This document shows, piece by piece, positions 10,305 to 20,977 of a stretch of 51,041 nucleotides of DNA; within the stretch, counting starts at the first letter, position 1, and each line of letters begins with the position of its first letter. This DNA comes from a virus. Lineage: Duplodnaviria > Caudoviricetes. Location: IMG/VR virus record IMGVR_UViG_3300036798_000143, positions 1 through 51,041 of that record. The stretch is one strand, 5' to 3'. The translations under genes and the position numbers were made by a program. Under the pieces are notes generated by a model, which worked only from the letters and a program-made list of their open reading frames with translations, ran no database searches and was not told the origin of the DNA.

Positions 10305-10540
10305 GTGGCGGGCCTCAAGAGCGAGTGCTTCTATACGTAGCAAGGCGACACCTAGGTATGTCGCATCAAGAGTGGTTGAACACTCCTTGGTGGGTACGCC
10401 AAGTGTACGTTGAGGGGATGCTGCAGGAGGAGTTAATAAAGGGAGGCGAAGCAGAACTTGAGGCTTGGGAAGTTGATCCCACAGGGGCTGAGGTGGAAAC
10501 GTTCCGTGGGTCTGGCTTTACGGTGATAGACGGTGGCTGA
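10271..10540 (+). CDS. Tail assembly chaperone extension (gpT-like), probably reached by -1 frameshift
   Basis: The -1 frame is open from 10205 to 10540 and lacks a good RBS of its own. Candidate slip site C CCG GAA at 10271-10277. Confidence 0.6.
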   Translation, partial: PGRSEARYEYLSGGPQERVLLYVARRHLGMSHQEWLNTPWWVRQVYVEGMLQEELIKGGEAELEAWEVDPTGAEVETFRGSGFTVIDGG

Positions 10541-13500
10541 GTTCAACGCAGGCAGTATAGAGGCTGATCTAACAGTCAATAAGGATCCCTTCGTCACTGG
10601 GCTAGAGGAGGCTATTGCCTGGGCCAAGGGTATCACCAAAGATCCTCTTGTCGAGAAGCTGAACATCGACACAGCTACAGCGTTGGTCCAGTTGGATGCT
10701 ACCCTCGCTGTGATGCGAGCGGAAGCGCTAGCAGGTGTTACTGTTCCCATACGTACAGATGGCGGTGGTGTAGTGGGCGGAGCGGGCGGAGGTGGGGGCG
10801 GAGGAGGCGGTAGCGGATTCTTAGGTTCGCTCCTTGGTAGCTCTATCGGTTCGGGTATCGGTGCGGGTATTGGGGGCATCGGTACGGGTGTAGGTTCGAT
10901 CATCTCGGGTACTCTTGGCGGTCTTGGAAGCTTAATCGGGGGCGGCGGTCGTGGTGGTAGTATGCTCGGGAGTCTATTCGGTGGTGGAGGCGGAGCTGGC
11001 GGTGTGATACCAGGTGGCGGTGCAATGGCATCACTCATAGGCCTTGGTCCGGAACGGATTCTTGGTAGTACCCTTGGTGTCGGTGGATCGCTAGTCGGTG
11101 CGGGCCTTGGTGCTGGTCTACTCGGCCTAGGCGCAGCAGGAGTTGCAGGTGTAGGTATGGGCACCGACCTTGCTGGTATCGGTCAAGCTGCTGGCGACAT
11201 CAGGCAGACAACTACCGCCATGACCGCTTTGAACACTGCAATCGCTACTTATGGTGCTACTAGCACGCAAGCTTCAACAGCACAGGCTCAGTTGAACGCA
11301 ACAGTCGCAGCCTTCCCAAAGGTCGCCCAGTCAGCTATCGTAGCAGCCGCATTGCAGATAGAGAAGTTCAAGCAGATGTTCGACGCTGCGACAGGTGCCG
11401 CAGAGAAGACAGGTGCACAGATTATCAACCAGACTGTACAAGTAGCTGAGAAGTACATACCGACTATTGGTAAGTACGCAAGCGAGAACATGTTGATCAT
11501 CCAGAAGAGTCTGCAGCCTCTGTTCACGTGGCTTGGAGGCCCAGGGCTCAAAATCTTCCAGGACCTGGAGAAAATCTTCCAGGAGCACTTGCCCGCTGCG
11601 ATGCAGATCTTCGTTAATGGTATCGAGTTGCTCTTCAAGACCATCGATCAAGCAGCTCAGCGTACAGGACCGTTCATCGACAAGATCGCTGCATTCGTTA
11701 CAAGGATGAACACGACGGACTACGGTGCGTGGCATCATGGCGTTCAGACTCTGATCGACGACTTCTTTGCCTGGTTCAAAGTGGCTGAAGATCTCGCCAA
11801 AATAGTCTACAACCTATTCAAGCCGTCGGCTGGTTTCGGTAGAGACTTCGCGAACCAGCTTGCTAGTGTATTCGGCGACATCCTTAAATGGATTAAGAGC
11901 TCCGGAATACAGGAAGCTCTCCATAGCCTCTTCGGTGCGCATAAGGATCAGTTCGACATTCTGATGCGAGGGGTGAAAAGCGTCCTACCGGTCCTGCTAG
12001 ACTTCCTCGGAGCGTGGATCCGTATCGAGGCCATTGTTACTCGCGTACTCAACTACGCCCTAAAGCCTCTGATAGAGGGCATCGCGTGGCTGTTTCACTT
12101 CAAGCTTGTCGACCAGATACTAGGATGGGCTGTCGCAATAGGTATTGCTGCCGACGCCTTTCTAACGTTCGGCGATGCGCTTCTGGCCAACCCGATCGGG
12201 CTGGTGATTCTAGCCCTCGCAGCACTGATCGTCGTGGCCGTCGAGATTGCCCATCACTGGCGTGGACTGAAGACGGCTTTAGAAGACGTCTGGAAGTTCA
12301 TGCATAGCGGGTGGGGGCAGCTTGTTACTTGGATGTTAGTTATCGGGGCGCCGTTCATCGGACTTCCGATACTCATCGCAGAGCACTGGCGAGGACTCGA
12401 GACTTTCTTCAAGAGGCTGTGGCACGACCTCCAGAACTGGACAGAAGACTTTGTACAGTTTTGGATACACGTTGGTCATGACTTCGCGCACGGTTGGGAT
12501 GACGTCTACCAGTGGGGAAGAGACTTTGTCAACTTCTTCAAGGGCGTGTGGGCCTCGGCGAAAGCGATATGGGATATTGCTTTCGCCTGGATCAAGGGGA
12601 TTCCAGGCGATATCAAGAGCGTCTTTATCGATGCCAAGAACTGGTTGGTCAATGCTGGTAAGGACATCCTAAACGGACTGTGGAGTGGCATACAGTTTAT
12701 TTGGCATAGTACCATTAACCTCTACTTTGTCTCACTACCTAATACGTTTAAGGGGTACTTCTTCGACGCTATCCACTGGCTCGAGAATGTCGGTAAGGAT
12801 ATCGTTAACGGTTTGTGGAATGGCATTTGGTCCTTAATGAAGGATGCAGGGAACTGGGTTAAGGTTCATATCTACGATCCGATTGTAGGTGCTGTCAAGG
12901 GGATCTTCCACATGACCTCGCCATCGGCTGTGATGGTAGACCTCGGTAAGAACATGATCGACGGCTTCATCAAGGGTATGTTGACGACCAACATACTGGA
13001 TGTCATCAAGAACATCTTCGGTAATCTACCAACGGCTCTGGCGTACCTGCTTAAGTCGAGTATTGTTTCGTTAGATCAGATACCTGCAGACGCGTTGCGG
13101 GAGTTAGCAAAGGTTCCGGGAATCGGAGTGATTCTTGGGCCAATCGCTGGCGGTGTCGAAGCTGCAAACAACCTCTTCAATAGCATCCTGACAGGCGGTA
13201 TTAGCGTTGCACAGGGTCTTGCGGGTAAGGTTACTAGTAGTCTTACTGGCTTCGCGAAGGGTGTCATTGGCGGTATCGCTAGTCTATTTGGTGGGGGTGG
13301 CGGAGCAGCAGCTGCACCGGCAGCTGCTGGTAGCGTTCAAGCAATGATGCAGGCTGCAGCAGCAACTCGAGGTTGGACTGGGGCTCAATGGGCAGCACTC
13401 TACAACGTCGAGAGAGCCGAAGCGAACTTCAGCACGACTGCAAAGAACCCGTCCTCAAGTGCATACGGCCTTGCACAGTTTATTGGTGGCCCAGGTGAGT

Positions 13501-13817
13501 ATGCACAGTATGGCGGCAACTTGTCGGCAGCAGGCCAGATCACCGCGATGCTGAACTACATCGCACAGCGCTACGGCTCGCCGGCAGGCGCTTGGGCACA
13601 CGAGCAGCAGTATCACTGGTACGACGCGGGAGGCATTCTTCCACCAGGTGTTACCATGGCCGTCAACACCACAGGGCGAAATGAGTACGTCTCGCCTGGA
13701 ACAGGATATAGCGGCCCGGCGATCCACATCGAGAACGTGACCTTCGCCGACAAGACCGACATGCGCGCATTCATGAACATGGCGGACTTCTACATCGCGA
13801 TGAGAAAGGTAGGTTGA
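10533..13817 (+). CDS. Tape measure protein with C-terminal lytic transglycosylase-like domain
   Basis: 1094 aa with Trp-periodic amphipathic repeats. The C-terminus has E...AKNPSSSAYGLAQF...YIAQRYGSP...WY. Confidence 0.9.
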   Translation: MAEFNAGSIEADLTVNKDPFVTGLEEAIAWAKGITKDPLVEKLNIDTATALVQLDATLAVMRAEALAGVTVPIRTDGGGVVGGAGGGGGGGGGSGFLGSLLGSSIGSGIGAGIGGIGTGVGSIISGTLGGLGSLIGGGGRGGSMLGSLFGGGGGAGGVIPGGGAMASLIGLGPERILGSTLGVGGSLVGAGLGAGLLGLGAAGVAGVGMGTDLAGIGQAAGDIRQTTTAMTALNTAIATYGATSTQASTAQAQLNATVAAFPKVAQSAIVAAALQIEKFKQMFDAATGAAEKTGAQIINQTVQVAEKYIPTIGKYASENMLIIQKSLQPLFTWLGGPGLKIFQDLEKIFQEHLPAAMQIFVNGIELLFKTIDQAAQRTGPFIDKIAAFVTRMNTTDYGAWHHGVQTLIDDFFAWFKVAEDLAKIVYNLFKPSAGFGRDFANQLASVFGDILKWIKSSGIQEALHSLFGAHKDQFDILMRGVKSVLPVLLDFLGAWIRIEAIVTRVLNYALKPLIEGIAWLFHFKLVDQILGWAVAIGIAADAFLTFGDALLANPIGLVILALAALIVVAVEIAHHWRGLKTALEDVWKFMHSGWGQLVTWMLVIGAPFIGLPILIAEHWRGLETFFKRLWHDLQNWTEDFVQFWIHVGHDFAHGWDDVYQWGRDFVNFFKGVWASAKAIWDIAFAWIKGIPGDIKSVFIDAKNWLVNAGKDILNGLWSGIQFIWHSTINLYFVSLPNTFKGYFFDAIHWLENVGKDIVNGLWNGIWSLMKDAGNWVKVHIYDPIVGAVKGIFHMTSPSAVMVDLGKNMIDGFIKGMLTTNILDVIKNIFGNLPTALAYLLKSSIVSLDQIPADALRELAKVPGIGVILGPIAGGVEAANNLFNSILTGGISVAQGLAGKVTSSLTGFAKGVIGGIASLFGGGGGAAAAPAAAGSVQAMMQAAAATRGWTGAQWAALYNVERAEANFSTTAKNPSSSAYGLAQFIGGPGEYAQYGGNLSAAGQITAMLNYIAQRYGSPAGAWAHEQQYHWYDAGGILPPGVTMAVNTTGRNEYVSPGTGYSGPAIHIENVTFADKTDMRAFMNMADFYIAMRKVG

Positions 13818-14701
13818 TGGCACGTTCATTCATCTTGGCTACATCAGACACACCGCCGTCGCTGACCCTGGACCTGAATAACTGGCAGAACAACGGGATC
13901 GCGATCTCGCAGAAGGACCTAGGTGCTCCTGAGGTCCGCGAGATCGTGTACAATCACGCGTCCTCGGATGGTGTTGATGATGTCACTCAGTTCTACGCTC
14001 AGCGTGTTGTATCCATCACCGGTAAGGCTTTCAATCTACCGAACTCGTCGTACGCACTTAACTGGCACTTGCTACAGCCGTTTCTCGATCCACAACAACG
14101 GTACAAGCTGATATACGCGATAACCGACGACATGGCTCAGCACGAGCTGCGCAACTTGCGTATCTCGCAGTGGCAGCGAATGGCAAGCTCACCGACAGCA
14201 TTAGCGTTCCAGATCCAGTGGAAAGCTGATCCAATGGCGTACGACTCGCAACAGCAGTCGGTTACCGTCGCGTCTCTCTTCACTCCAGCGACTGGTCGTA
14301 AGTATAACCGTACCTACAACCTCAGATATCCGCCAGCGGTAACGGAGCCTGGACGCACTGTAGCCACGTCTATTGGGAGCTACAAGACGTGGCCGATCAT
14401 TCGTTTCTTCGGTCCTTGTACGAATCCTGCGGTGGAGTTGCGGTATCAGTCCGCTGGTGGCGTAGTCGGAGAAGTTCGAATGCTCATCACGCTGCTCTCG
14501 ACCGACATGCTGGAGATCGATACACAGGCTAGGACTGTGATGCTTGGTGGTGTAAGCGGGTCGACTCGCTATAGCAGCCTCGACTTCATCAATACAACCT
14601 GGGCACCAATGCAACCAGGTCCCAACTACTTTCGATTTACGGCAGACGCTGCTGCACCACCCGCGAGTTGTGTCATACTCTGGAACGACGCGTATCTGTA
14701 A
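13817..14701 (+). CDS. Distal tail (Dit-like) protein
   Basis: Follows the tape measure. WPIIRFFGPCTNP, IDTQARTV, PGPNYFRF and W.DAYL motifs. Confidence 0.75.
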   Translation: MARSFILATSDTPPSLTLDLNNWQNNGIAISQKDLGAPEVREIVYNHASSDGVDDVTQFYAQRVVSITGKAFNLPNSSYALNWHLLQPFLDPQQRYKLIYAITDDMAQHELRNLRISQWQRMASSPTALAFQIQWKADPMAYDSQQQSVTVASLFTPATGRKYNRTYNLRYPPAVTEPGRTVATSIGSYKTWPIIRFFGPCTNPAVELRYQSAGGVVGEVRMLITLLSTDMLEIDTQARTVMLGGVSGSTRYSSLDFINTTWAPMQPGPNYFRFTADAAAPPASCVILWNDAYL

Positions 14702-14710
14702 GGAGACACT

Positions 14711-15730
14711 ATGTCACGCTACGTACCACTATACATGCAAGAGGGTTCGTACCCAGCACAGTTCGACAGGCTGTTCCTCTCTGACGTAACCCGTCAGGGT
14801 TCCATCCTGCTCTCGGGTGCTGGTGCTTACCTCGTGTCGCAGCACGCAGCTGGTGCGAACATGTCGGTGGACGTCCAACCAGGTCGCATCGCCGTAGCTG
14901 GTACGGACTCTCCGAACCAGGGATCGTACGTCTGCTGGTCAGACGGAGTTGAGAACCCTGTAGTAGCGGCCTCACCGCCCGCTGGACAGTCGCGTGTTGA
15001 CTTAGTAGTCGCACAGGTACGCGACGACACTGTTATCGGAGGCGGCAACAACGACTTCCTCGTCACGGTCGTCGAGGGTACTGCTGCTGCTACGGGGTCA
15101 CAAGGTGCTCCACCGCTACCACATAGCGCCGTGTTGTTAGCTCAAATAGCTATCGGTCCACAGGTAACGTCGATCGTCAACGCCAACATCACTGACGGCC
15201 GCCCATCCGTGCTAGCGACGCCGCAGCCTCCTGGTTCACTTCAGGCTTGGTTAGGTGACTCGACACAGCCACCACCGGGTTGGACTGTAGGTGACGGTCG
15301 TCCAATCTCTCGTACAGGGATAGGTGCGAACCTGTTTAGCATGTGGGGTACTCGGTTCGGTACTGGTGATGGCTTGACGACCTTCAACGTACCGGACGTC
15401 CGCGGCTTGTTGCCAGTGTTCTTCGGCGGTGGTATCGGGTTGGGAATGGGTGCCACGGGTGGTGCATCGCAGGTCGCACTGGGGAAGGGTAACATTCCAT
15501 CAATGAACCACGTTCATGGAACGAACGCCGAAGGCAACTCGAGCTACCAGACGATATATACTACACCTGTCGGTGGGCAACAGTACGGGATACCTTACGC
15601 TAGCGGTCCAGCTCTGAATGTTACATTCTACCCAGCGCACGTCACGCAGACGACAGACCCTGGTGGCTCTAGCTCTCCGTTCTCAATCGTCCCGCCTGTC
15701 ATTGGCGTCGTCCCCCTGCTCAAACTCTGA
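14711..15730 (+). CDS. Minor tail protein with tail-collar domain
   Basis: SRVDLVVAQVRD N-domain. PPGW..GDGR.ISRT...LF...GT.FG.GDG.TTFNVPD.RG collar signature. Confidence 0.8.
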   Translation: MSRYVPLYMQEGSYPAQFDRLFLSDVTRQGSILLSGAGAYLVSQHAAGANMSVDVQPGRIAVAGTDSPNQGSYVCWSDGVENPVVAASPPAGQSRVDLVVAQVRDDTVIGGGNNDFLVTVVEGTAAATGSQGAPPLPHSAVLLAQIAIGPQVTSIVNANITDGRPSVLATPQPPGSLQAWLGDSTQPPPGWTVGDGRPISRTGIGANLFSMWGTRFGTGDGLTTFNVPDVRGLLPVFFGGGIGLGMGATGGASQVALGKGNIPSMNHVHGTNAEGNSSYQTIYTTPVGGQQYGIPYASGPALNVTFYPAHVTQTTDPGGSSSPFSIVPPVIGVVPLLKL

Positions 15731-16905
15731 TGGCGACGTGGCACATGATAGTCTCCGACATTAGCGGTAACGCTATTGGCGAGCTCACTAACGCTACCCA
15801 ACGCCAGTTTATGTTCTTCCTTCAGGATACTAGTTCGGTTAGTTTCCAAATGAACGCGATGGATGACCAGGCTAGTATGGTCGACGAGCTAGACACCGAC
15901 TGCCTTCTATATCGGGATAAAGAGTTGTTGTATCGCGGTCGGTTCGGAGCAACGACTGATACCCTAGGCTCGCCTGGTGGTCTAGCTGCAGGAGGTGAAC
16001 CCGGTCAGCATACGGTATTGTTCTCGGCCGTGGACTATCGTGGTATGCTAGCTTATCGAATCGTACCTGACCCAGACGTCGTCTATACGAACGTAGATCA
16101 ATCGACTATCGCATGGGACATGATCTCCGCGTCCGAGACGCGACTACCAGGTGCGTTTGGTATCACCCAAGGTGCTACACCAGCTTCTGTACAACGCACC
16201 TTCACGGCTACTGCTGGATCAATCGTCGGCGCCAACGTCGATGCTATATCCCAACTTGACGCGGGCTTTGACTGGAACATCGATTCACAGTTACGATTTA
16301 ATACCTGGCCCGTACCGTCGAAGGGTGCGTACAATGAGTTAGGCCGCGGTAACGCACAGGGTATAACCTTGGTGTACGGTGACAACGTAATGGCCGCACA
16401 ACGTACTCTGGATGCTACCAAGTATGCGAACTTGATTCGCTATACTGGCGGGACACCAACGGACACATCAGGCAATACTCTGCCAGCGCTCGTGTCTAAC
16501 GTCAACATTGTGACTAACGCGTTGTACGAAGAGAGCTTCACTATCCGTGGTCGTTGGGAAGCTATCGATAGCGATACTAACATCATGGATCAAAGTACTA
16601 ACGACGCCGCCGCACTTGGCGACTTGGTCATTAGAGCAGCTGGGATCCCTGCGTACACACTTACTCTAACAATGGGTTGGTGGGATCCCGATATACTTTG
16701 GCTAGGCGACTTAGTGAACGTGATTATTAACCACGGACGTATCGATGAGAACTTCATAGGTCGTGTATCTGAGATCGACATCTACCTTGGTGACGACGCC
16801 GACGAAGAGAGCGTAATAGTGACTGTTGGGCCTCGTATGGGTTCCCTACTCCGTCGTATATCTACCGAAGAAAGGAAGCACCTACAGATCGCCAAGAAGG
16901 TATGA
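15730..16905 (+). CDS. Minor tail / baseplate hub protein
   Basis: 391 aa with LYRGR and LGDLVNV motifs typical of siphovirus hub proteins, and position. Confidence 0.7.
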   Translation: MATWHMIVSDISGNAIGELTNATQRQFMFFLQDTSSVSFQMNAMDDQASMVDELDTDCLLYRDKELLYRGRFGATTDTLGSPGGLAAGGEPGQHTVLFSAVDYRGMLAYRIVPDPDVVYTNVDQSTIAWDMISASETRLPGAFGITQGATPASVQRTFTATAGSIVGANVDAISQLDAGFDWNIDSQLRFNTWPVPSKGAYNELGRGNAQGITLVYGDNVMAAQRTLDATKYANLIRYTGGTPTDTSGNTLPALVSNVNIVTNALYEESFTIRGRWEAIDSDTNIMDQSTNDAAALGDLVIRAAGIPAYTLTLTMGWWDPDILWLGDLVNVIINHGRIDENFIGRVSEIDIYLGDDADEESVIVTVGPRMGSLLRRISTEERKHLQIAKKV

Positions 16906-16918
16906 AAGGAGGTAACTA

Positions 16919-17257
16919 ATGGCACCAGGTAAGTTCGATCTGCAGATCTACCAGGGTGACTCGTACGACTGGCAGTTCAAACTCTGGCAAGATGCTGCCA
17001 TGACAAACCCTGTGGATCTAACGGGGGTGACCGCGAAGGCGCAGATCCGTAAGGGTGCAGGCGTAACTGGACCGATTGAGCTAGCGTGTACGGTAACCAC
17101 ACCGAACATTGTGGATGTGAAGTTGACCGCAGCACTCAGTGATACTGCCTTCGACGGCGTTTGGGACTTGGAGCTAGACGGTCCTAGCGGCGTGACGACA
17201 GTCGTCGCTGGTACAGTTACAGTGACACCAGACGTGACAGAAGAAGGCAAACCTTGA
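16919..17257 (+). CDS. Small baseplate/fibre-adaptor protein
   Basis: DLQIYQGD...PVDLTG.TAKAQIR...WDLEL...GTVTV.PDVT pattern. Confidence 0.65.
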   Translation: MAPGKFDLQIYQGDSYDWQFKLWQDAAMTNPVDLTGVTAKAQIRKGAGVTGPIELACTVTTPNIVDVKLTAALSDTAFDGVWDLELDGPSGVTTVVAGTVTVTPDVTEEGKP

Positions 17258-17988
17258 GTGTAGTAGACTACACAGTCTCTGTCGTGGAGGAAAACCTCTG
17301 GGGCATAACTGTCGTCTCGGTTGCTGGCAAACAGGGTCCACCTGGTACCGCTGGTGCAGCAGGTGTCGGTATGCCTATCGGTGCTGGGATAGACTGGTGG
17401 AGTGACACCCTACCCGTAGAGTTGGGCGTAACGTGGATCTTCCTACACGGGCAGACGATTACGAACGGAGCGACACTCTATCCTGCTCTCGCAGCACTCT
17501 ACCCAACTTGGGTGAGCGGAAGCAACCTCGTGGTTCCGGACACGCGTAAGCGTTTCGTCCTCGGCGCAGCGTCGGCTGGTGACTCCGCAGGTCCACCGGT
17601 AGGTACGCTCGCTGGTGCAGCTACGGCTACACTAACGACCGCGTACATCCCGCAGTTCGCGAGCGTCCCTGTTACGCTAAGCGGACTGTCGCACAGTCAT
17701 GGTGGTGGAACTGGCAACGAGAATGCGCTGCACACCCATAACTTTCCCGCCACGAACATTGTCACGGTCGCAGCAAGTACCGGTTGGTACCTGACTGGTT
17801 CTGGCTTAGGCGTGGCGGGGATCACAGGGCTGACGTCGAACTCTGAGAACGTCGCCCACGCACACGTTGTCGGTGCGGATAGTATAGCCGGTGCAAGTGG
17901 TACGGTGACGTTTGGTTCAGCAGCACCCACCCCTGTGCCGACCGTTCCTCCGAACATCGCGTGTCACAAGATCGTGAGGGCGGCATGA
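17254..17988 (+). CDS. Tail fibre/collar-domain protein
   Basis: Short GXY run, MPIGAGIDW...YPAL...VPD.R.RF collar-like motif, HSH/HTH/HAH metal-binding tip motifs. Confidence 0.7.
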   Translation: MSVVDYTVSVVEENLWGITVVSVAGKQGPPGTAGAAGVGMPIGAGIDWWSDTLPVELGVTWIFLHGQTITNGATLYPALAALYPTWVSGSNLVVPDTRKRFVLGAASAGDSAGPPVGTLAGAATATLTTAYIPQFASVPVTLSGLSHSHGGGTGNENALHTHNFPATNIVTVAASTGWYLTGSGLGVAGITGLTSNSENVAHAHVVGADSIAGASGTVTFGSAAPTPVPTVPPNIACHKIVRAA

Positions 17989-19223
17989 GCAACGGCTCGG
18001 ACATCATCGTAGAGGTCACCGAGACTGTCAACACGGTCATCGTCGAAGCAGCGCCGTCGATAGCCTACGTCAGCGCCGTCACACCGACTCCACCACCGAC
18101 GATCGACGTCACAGTACCACCGGCGTACGTAGACCTTTCGGACATACCACCGAGCTACATGATCGGTGTGGGCAACGTGAACCTCGCACCGATCGAAGCG
18201 GTGACGGTGACCATGGAGCCCGTGCAGCCGATCAACGTAGTCGAGGGTCCGCCAGGGTACTTCATCCAGCTTGGGAACATTCCGGCTATACCGCCGGTCG
18301 AGGTTATCGAGGTTGCAGGGCAGCAAGGACCACAAGGTGTGCCTGGCCCGCCAGGTCAATCTGGTCAACCTGGACCACCCGGACCAGCTGGACCAACAGG
18401 CGCTAACTCGACTGTACCAGGACCACCTGGAGCAACTGGACCAGCGGGTGCGACTGGACCAACAGGACCTGCTTCGACAGTACCAGGACCACCAGGCGCT
18501 ACCGGTCCTGCTGGCTCGACGGGTCCTGCTGGTGCTGCTGGGCCTGCCGGTGCTGCTGGTGTTGCTGGACCAGCTGGTGCAGCGTACGTAGACGTAGCGG
18601 GAACTGCTCCGCCGCCAAGCGCACCCACGATCTCGCCGCCCGAGGGCTTGCTCTGGGTCGACACAAGCACTTCTCTCGTCACAGCCATGCCGCTTCCTCC
18701 ACCGATTACGACAGGAACGACGATTCAGACCTACACCGATCAGAACGGTGACGTATGGGTAGCCAAGAACGGCGTGAATGCAGGGGCGTGGAAACGGGCA
18801 CGAGATGTGCTGCATGGTCGGGTCTACCGAACCGCGGCATGGAATGTGCCAACGGCTTGGACCTCGATGCCTTTCGATACAACGTCGCGTGACCCCTATA
18901 CCATGTGGGTGCCCGCTAATAACGGCTATACCGTGCCGTTGGGTGGTATCTACCGCGTAACACTGTTGTGTTCTGTAGTCCCAACGGCCACAGCTCAAGC
19001 GGTTGCAATCCAGGTCCAGCAAAATGGGCAGGGTCAACTTGAGAGCAGTGCTCATGCCTCGACGATCTGGGGCATCGACGCGTTGAGTACTGGGGCGCTG
19101 ATGTGCGTCGCTGGTGACGTTGTGTCCTCGCAGATAATCAGCACACCGAGTCTGCCGTTGTCACTCGGCACTCCAGTAGTCGGACAGAACTACTTCATGA
19201 TCGACTACCTAGGAACGGGATAA
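17985..19223 (+). CDS. Collagen-repeat tail fibre with C-terminal C1q/TNF-like domain
   Basis: About 29 Gly-X-Y triplets, then a beta domain (MPFD...YTVP.GGIY...L.C.AGD.V...YF.IDYLG). Confidence 0.75.
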   Translation: MSNGSDIIVEVTETVNTVIVEAAPSIAYVSAVTPTPPPTIDVTVPPAYVDLSDIPPSYMIGVGNVNLAPIEAVTVTMEPVQPINVVEGPPGYFIQLGNIPAIPPVEVIEVAGQQGPQGVPGPPGQSGQPGPPGPAGPTGANSTVPGPPGATGPAGATGPTGPASTVPGPPGATGPAGSTGPAGAAGPAGAAGVAGPAGAAYVDVAGTAPPPSAPTISPPEGLLWVDTSTSLVTAMPLPPPITTGTTIQTYTDQNGDVWVAKNGVNAGAWKRARDVLHGRVYRTAAWNVPTAWTSMPFDTTSRDPYTMWVPANNGYTVPLGGIYRVTLLCSVVPTATAQAVAIQVQQNGQGQLESSAHASTIWGIDALSTGALMCVAGDVVSSQIISTPSLPLSLGTPVVGQNYFMIDYLGTG

Positions 19224-20764
19224 TGCCTACCTTGAAATACTGGGACGTTGCGTCAAACGCCTACGTTGTCTTGCCTGGTGCTCCTGGCGCAGTTGGGCCT
19301 GCAGGGGCAACTGGCCCGCAGGGTCCACCGGGAACGCCGCCGGCCGTTGTAGCTGGACGTATCTATGCAAGTACCCAGACAGTCGTTGCGAATGGCACGA
19401 CGAGTTTGATCAGCTTGCAGTCGGCAGATTATCTCGTAGGCGGAATGACAACTACCGGGAGCAACGCGCTTGTTGTACCAACTACAGGCACCTACAACGT
19501 ATCGCTCAACCTCCTCTGGCAGACGGGTGGCAACAGGGCTCCCGCTTCTGCAGACAACTTCTTGATGCTGTACCGTAACGGGACGCAGATACGTCAGTGG
19601 GACGTGTCTACATCCGCGAACTCCTGGATTGGTATATGCGGGAGTGACGACGTAAGCCTTACGGCGGGTGACTCACTGCAGATGTATGCCTACCAAGGAT
19701 GTGGGGGTAACCTAGGTACCTACGCCGGTATCGACAAGACGTTCCTCTCTGCGCACTTGTTGACATCCGGACCAGTAGGAGCAACCGGACCAGCAGGGCC
19801 AATGGGAACTGTCACGAGTGTAGTAGCAGGTCGGGCCTACCGCAACGCGGCCTTTACGTCGTCGTCGGCGTGGACGACGATCCCTATGGACACCTTCAGC
19901 GGGTTAGGAGCGTACGACAACGGAGGCAACTTCAACCATACCACCGGGGCCTATGTGTGTCCGCAAACCGGTTATTACGCGGTCTATGGAGAGATGACCT
20001 ACGACATGCCTAGCGGAGCGCCCTTGCTTGCGGGCATCTATCAGAACGGCACGCTCGCAACAATAGGTAGTGCTGCCTTATCGTCTTCTGCCGGGCAAGC
20101 GCTATTCGAATGCGTTTCCGACGTCCTTCACTGCAACGCCGGCGACACGCTCATGCTTGCGTCGTACACAGGTGCCGCTGCGCCCATGGCGATCAACGCT
20201 GGGCAGGCGAACTACCTTTCGGTCACGTTGCTCAGCGCTGGACCAACAGGACCAACAGGACCAGCTGGAGCTGCAGGCGCAACAGGACCCGCAGGACCAA
20301 CGGGACCCCAAGGACCAGCAGGGCCAGCGATTGGTGCGGGTGCAGTTATCGGCATGACTGTGAACAGCACCTATACACAGCTGGTTGTAACTACTACCGC
20401 CAACCTAGCTACAGCGCTGGCTGTGACGTTTATTGCTCCGTCATCGGGACAAGTGACTGTCAGAATGGGAGTAGCCGCACAGGCAGTGTATACGTCCTTA
20501 AACGGTTGGGGACAAGTGACCGCACAGATGTACTCTGGTGGTTCACCAATCGGAGCACAGCAGGTCCTAGTATACAACAACGCAACCGCCGCGCTAGCAA
20601 TGCGTACTACATTCGAGCAACTCTATACGGGCTTAACACCTGGACAGAGCTACACCTTCACTCCCTACTTCGTGGGTGGGAACGGGAATACCGCTTATGT
20701 GATGTGGGGTAGTACCGGAGCTATTTACTGGGGACCCGCGGAAGTAAGAGTCTTTGCAGCCTAA
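19223..20764 (+). CDS. Multi-domain tail fibre/receptor-binding protein (collagen linkers plus C1q-like domains)
   Basis: Three globular beta domains separated by GXY stretches. The first two share AGR.Y...VP/CP.TG.Y.V...L.AGD.L. Confidence 0.75.
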   Translation: MPTLKYWDVASNAYVVLPGAPGAVGPAGATGPQGPPGTPPAVVAGRIYASTQTVVANGTTSLISLQSADYLVGGMTTTGSNALVVPTTGTYNVSLNLLWQTGGNRAPASADNFLMLYRNGTQIRQWDVSTSANSWIGICGSDDVSLTAGDSLQMYAYQGCGGNLGTYAGIDKTFLSAHLLTSGPVGATGPAGPMGTVTSVVAGRAYRNAAFTSSSAWTTIPMDTFSGLGAYDNGGNFNHTTGAYVCPQTGYYAVYGEMTYDMPSGAPLLAGIYQNGTLATIGSAALSSSAGQALFECVSDVLHCNAGDTLMLASYTGAAAPMAINAGQANYLSVTLLSAGPTGPTGPAGAAGATGPAGPTGPQGPAGPAIGAGAVIGMTVNSTYTQLVVTTTANLATALAVTFIAPSSGQVTVRMGVAAQAVYTSLNGWGQVTAQMYSGGSPIGAQQVLVYNNATAALAMRTTFEQLYTGLTPGQSYTFTPYFVGGNGNTAYVMWGSTGAIYWGPAEVRVFAA

Positions 20765-20773
20765 GGAGGAACA

Positions 20774-20977
20774 ATGCCAGATGAGAACCCAGCCGTACCT
20801 GCCGACGAACCGCCGGAAGGGCAGCGGAACATCGAAGGTGAGAACCAAGGGATCGCTCGTCGCGATCCACCGGACGACCAACGCCAATGGCCTGAGCCGA
20901 CAAGAGAGCCCGCAGAGGAACCGTCACACGAAAGGAGTAAGGATGACCCTGCACAGAGTCGTAATACCGAGTCCTAA
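20774..20977 (+). CDS. Small acidic, Pro-rich hypothetical protein
   Basis: AAGGAGG RBS before ATG 20774. Overlaps the endolysin start by 35 nt. Confidence 0.5.
   Translation: MPDENPAVPADEPPEGQRNIEGENQGIARRDPPDDQRQWPEPTREPAEEPSHERSKDDPAQSRNTES

Noticed and set aside
17964-19055. Long antisense ORFs (363 aa here, also 10433-11164, 32335-33201, 45060-45740)
   Set aside because: They are shadows of well-supported genes on the opposite strand, with low-complexity translations and no RBS.
17254-20764. Diversity-generating retroelement acting on the fibre genes
   Set aside because: No reverse transcriptase ORF and no near-identical template/variable repeat pair seen. The repeats are collagen codons.
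20754-20942. 63-aa N-terminal extension of the endolysin given by the ORF track
   Set aside because: A clear AAAGGAG RBS precedes ATG 20943 where the amidase domain begins. The extension overlaps a better-supported ORF in another frame.
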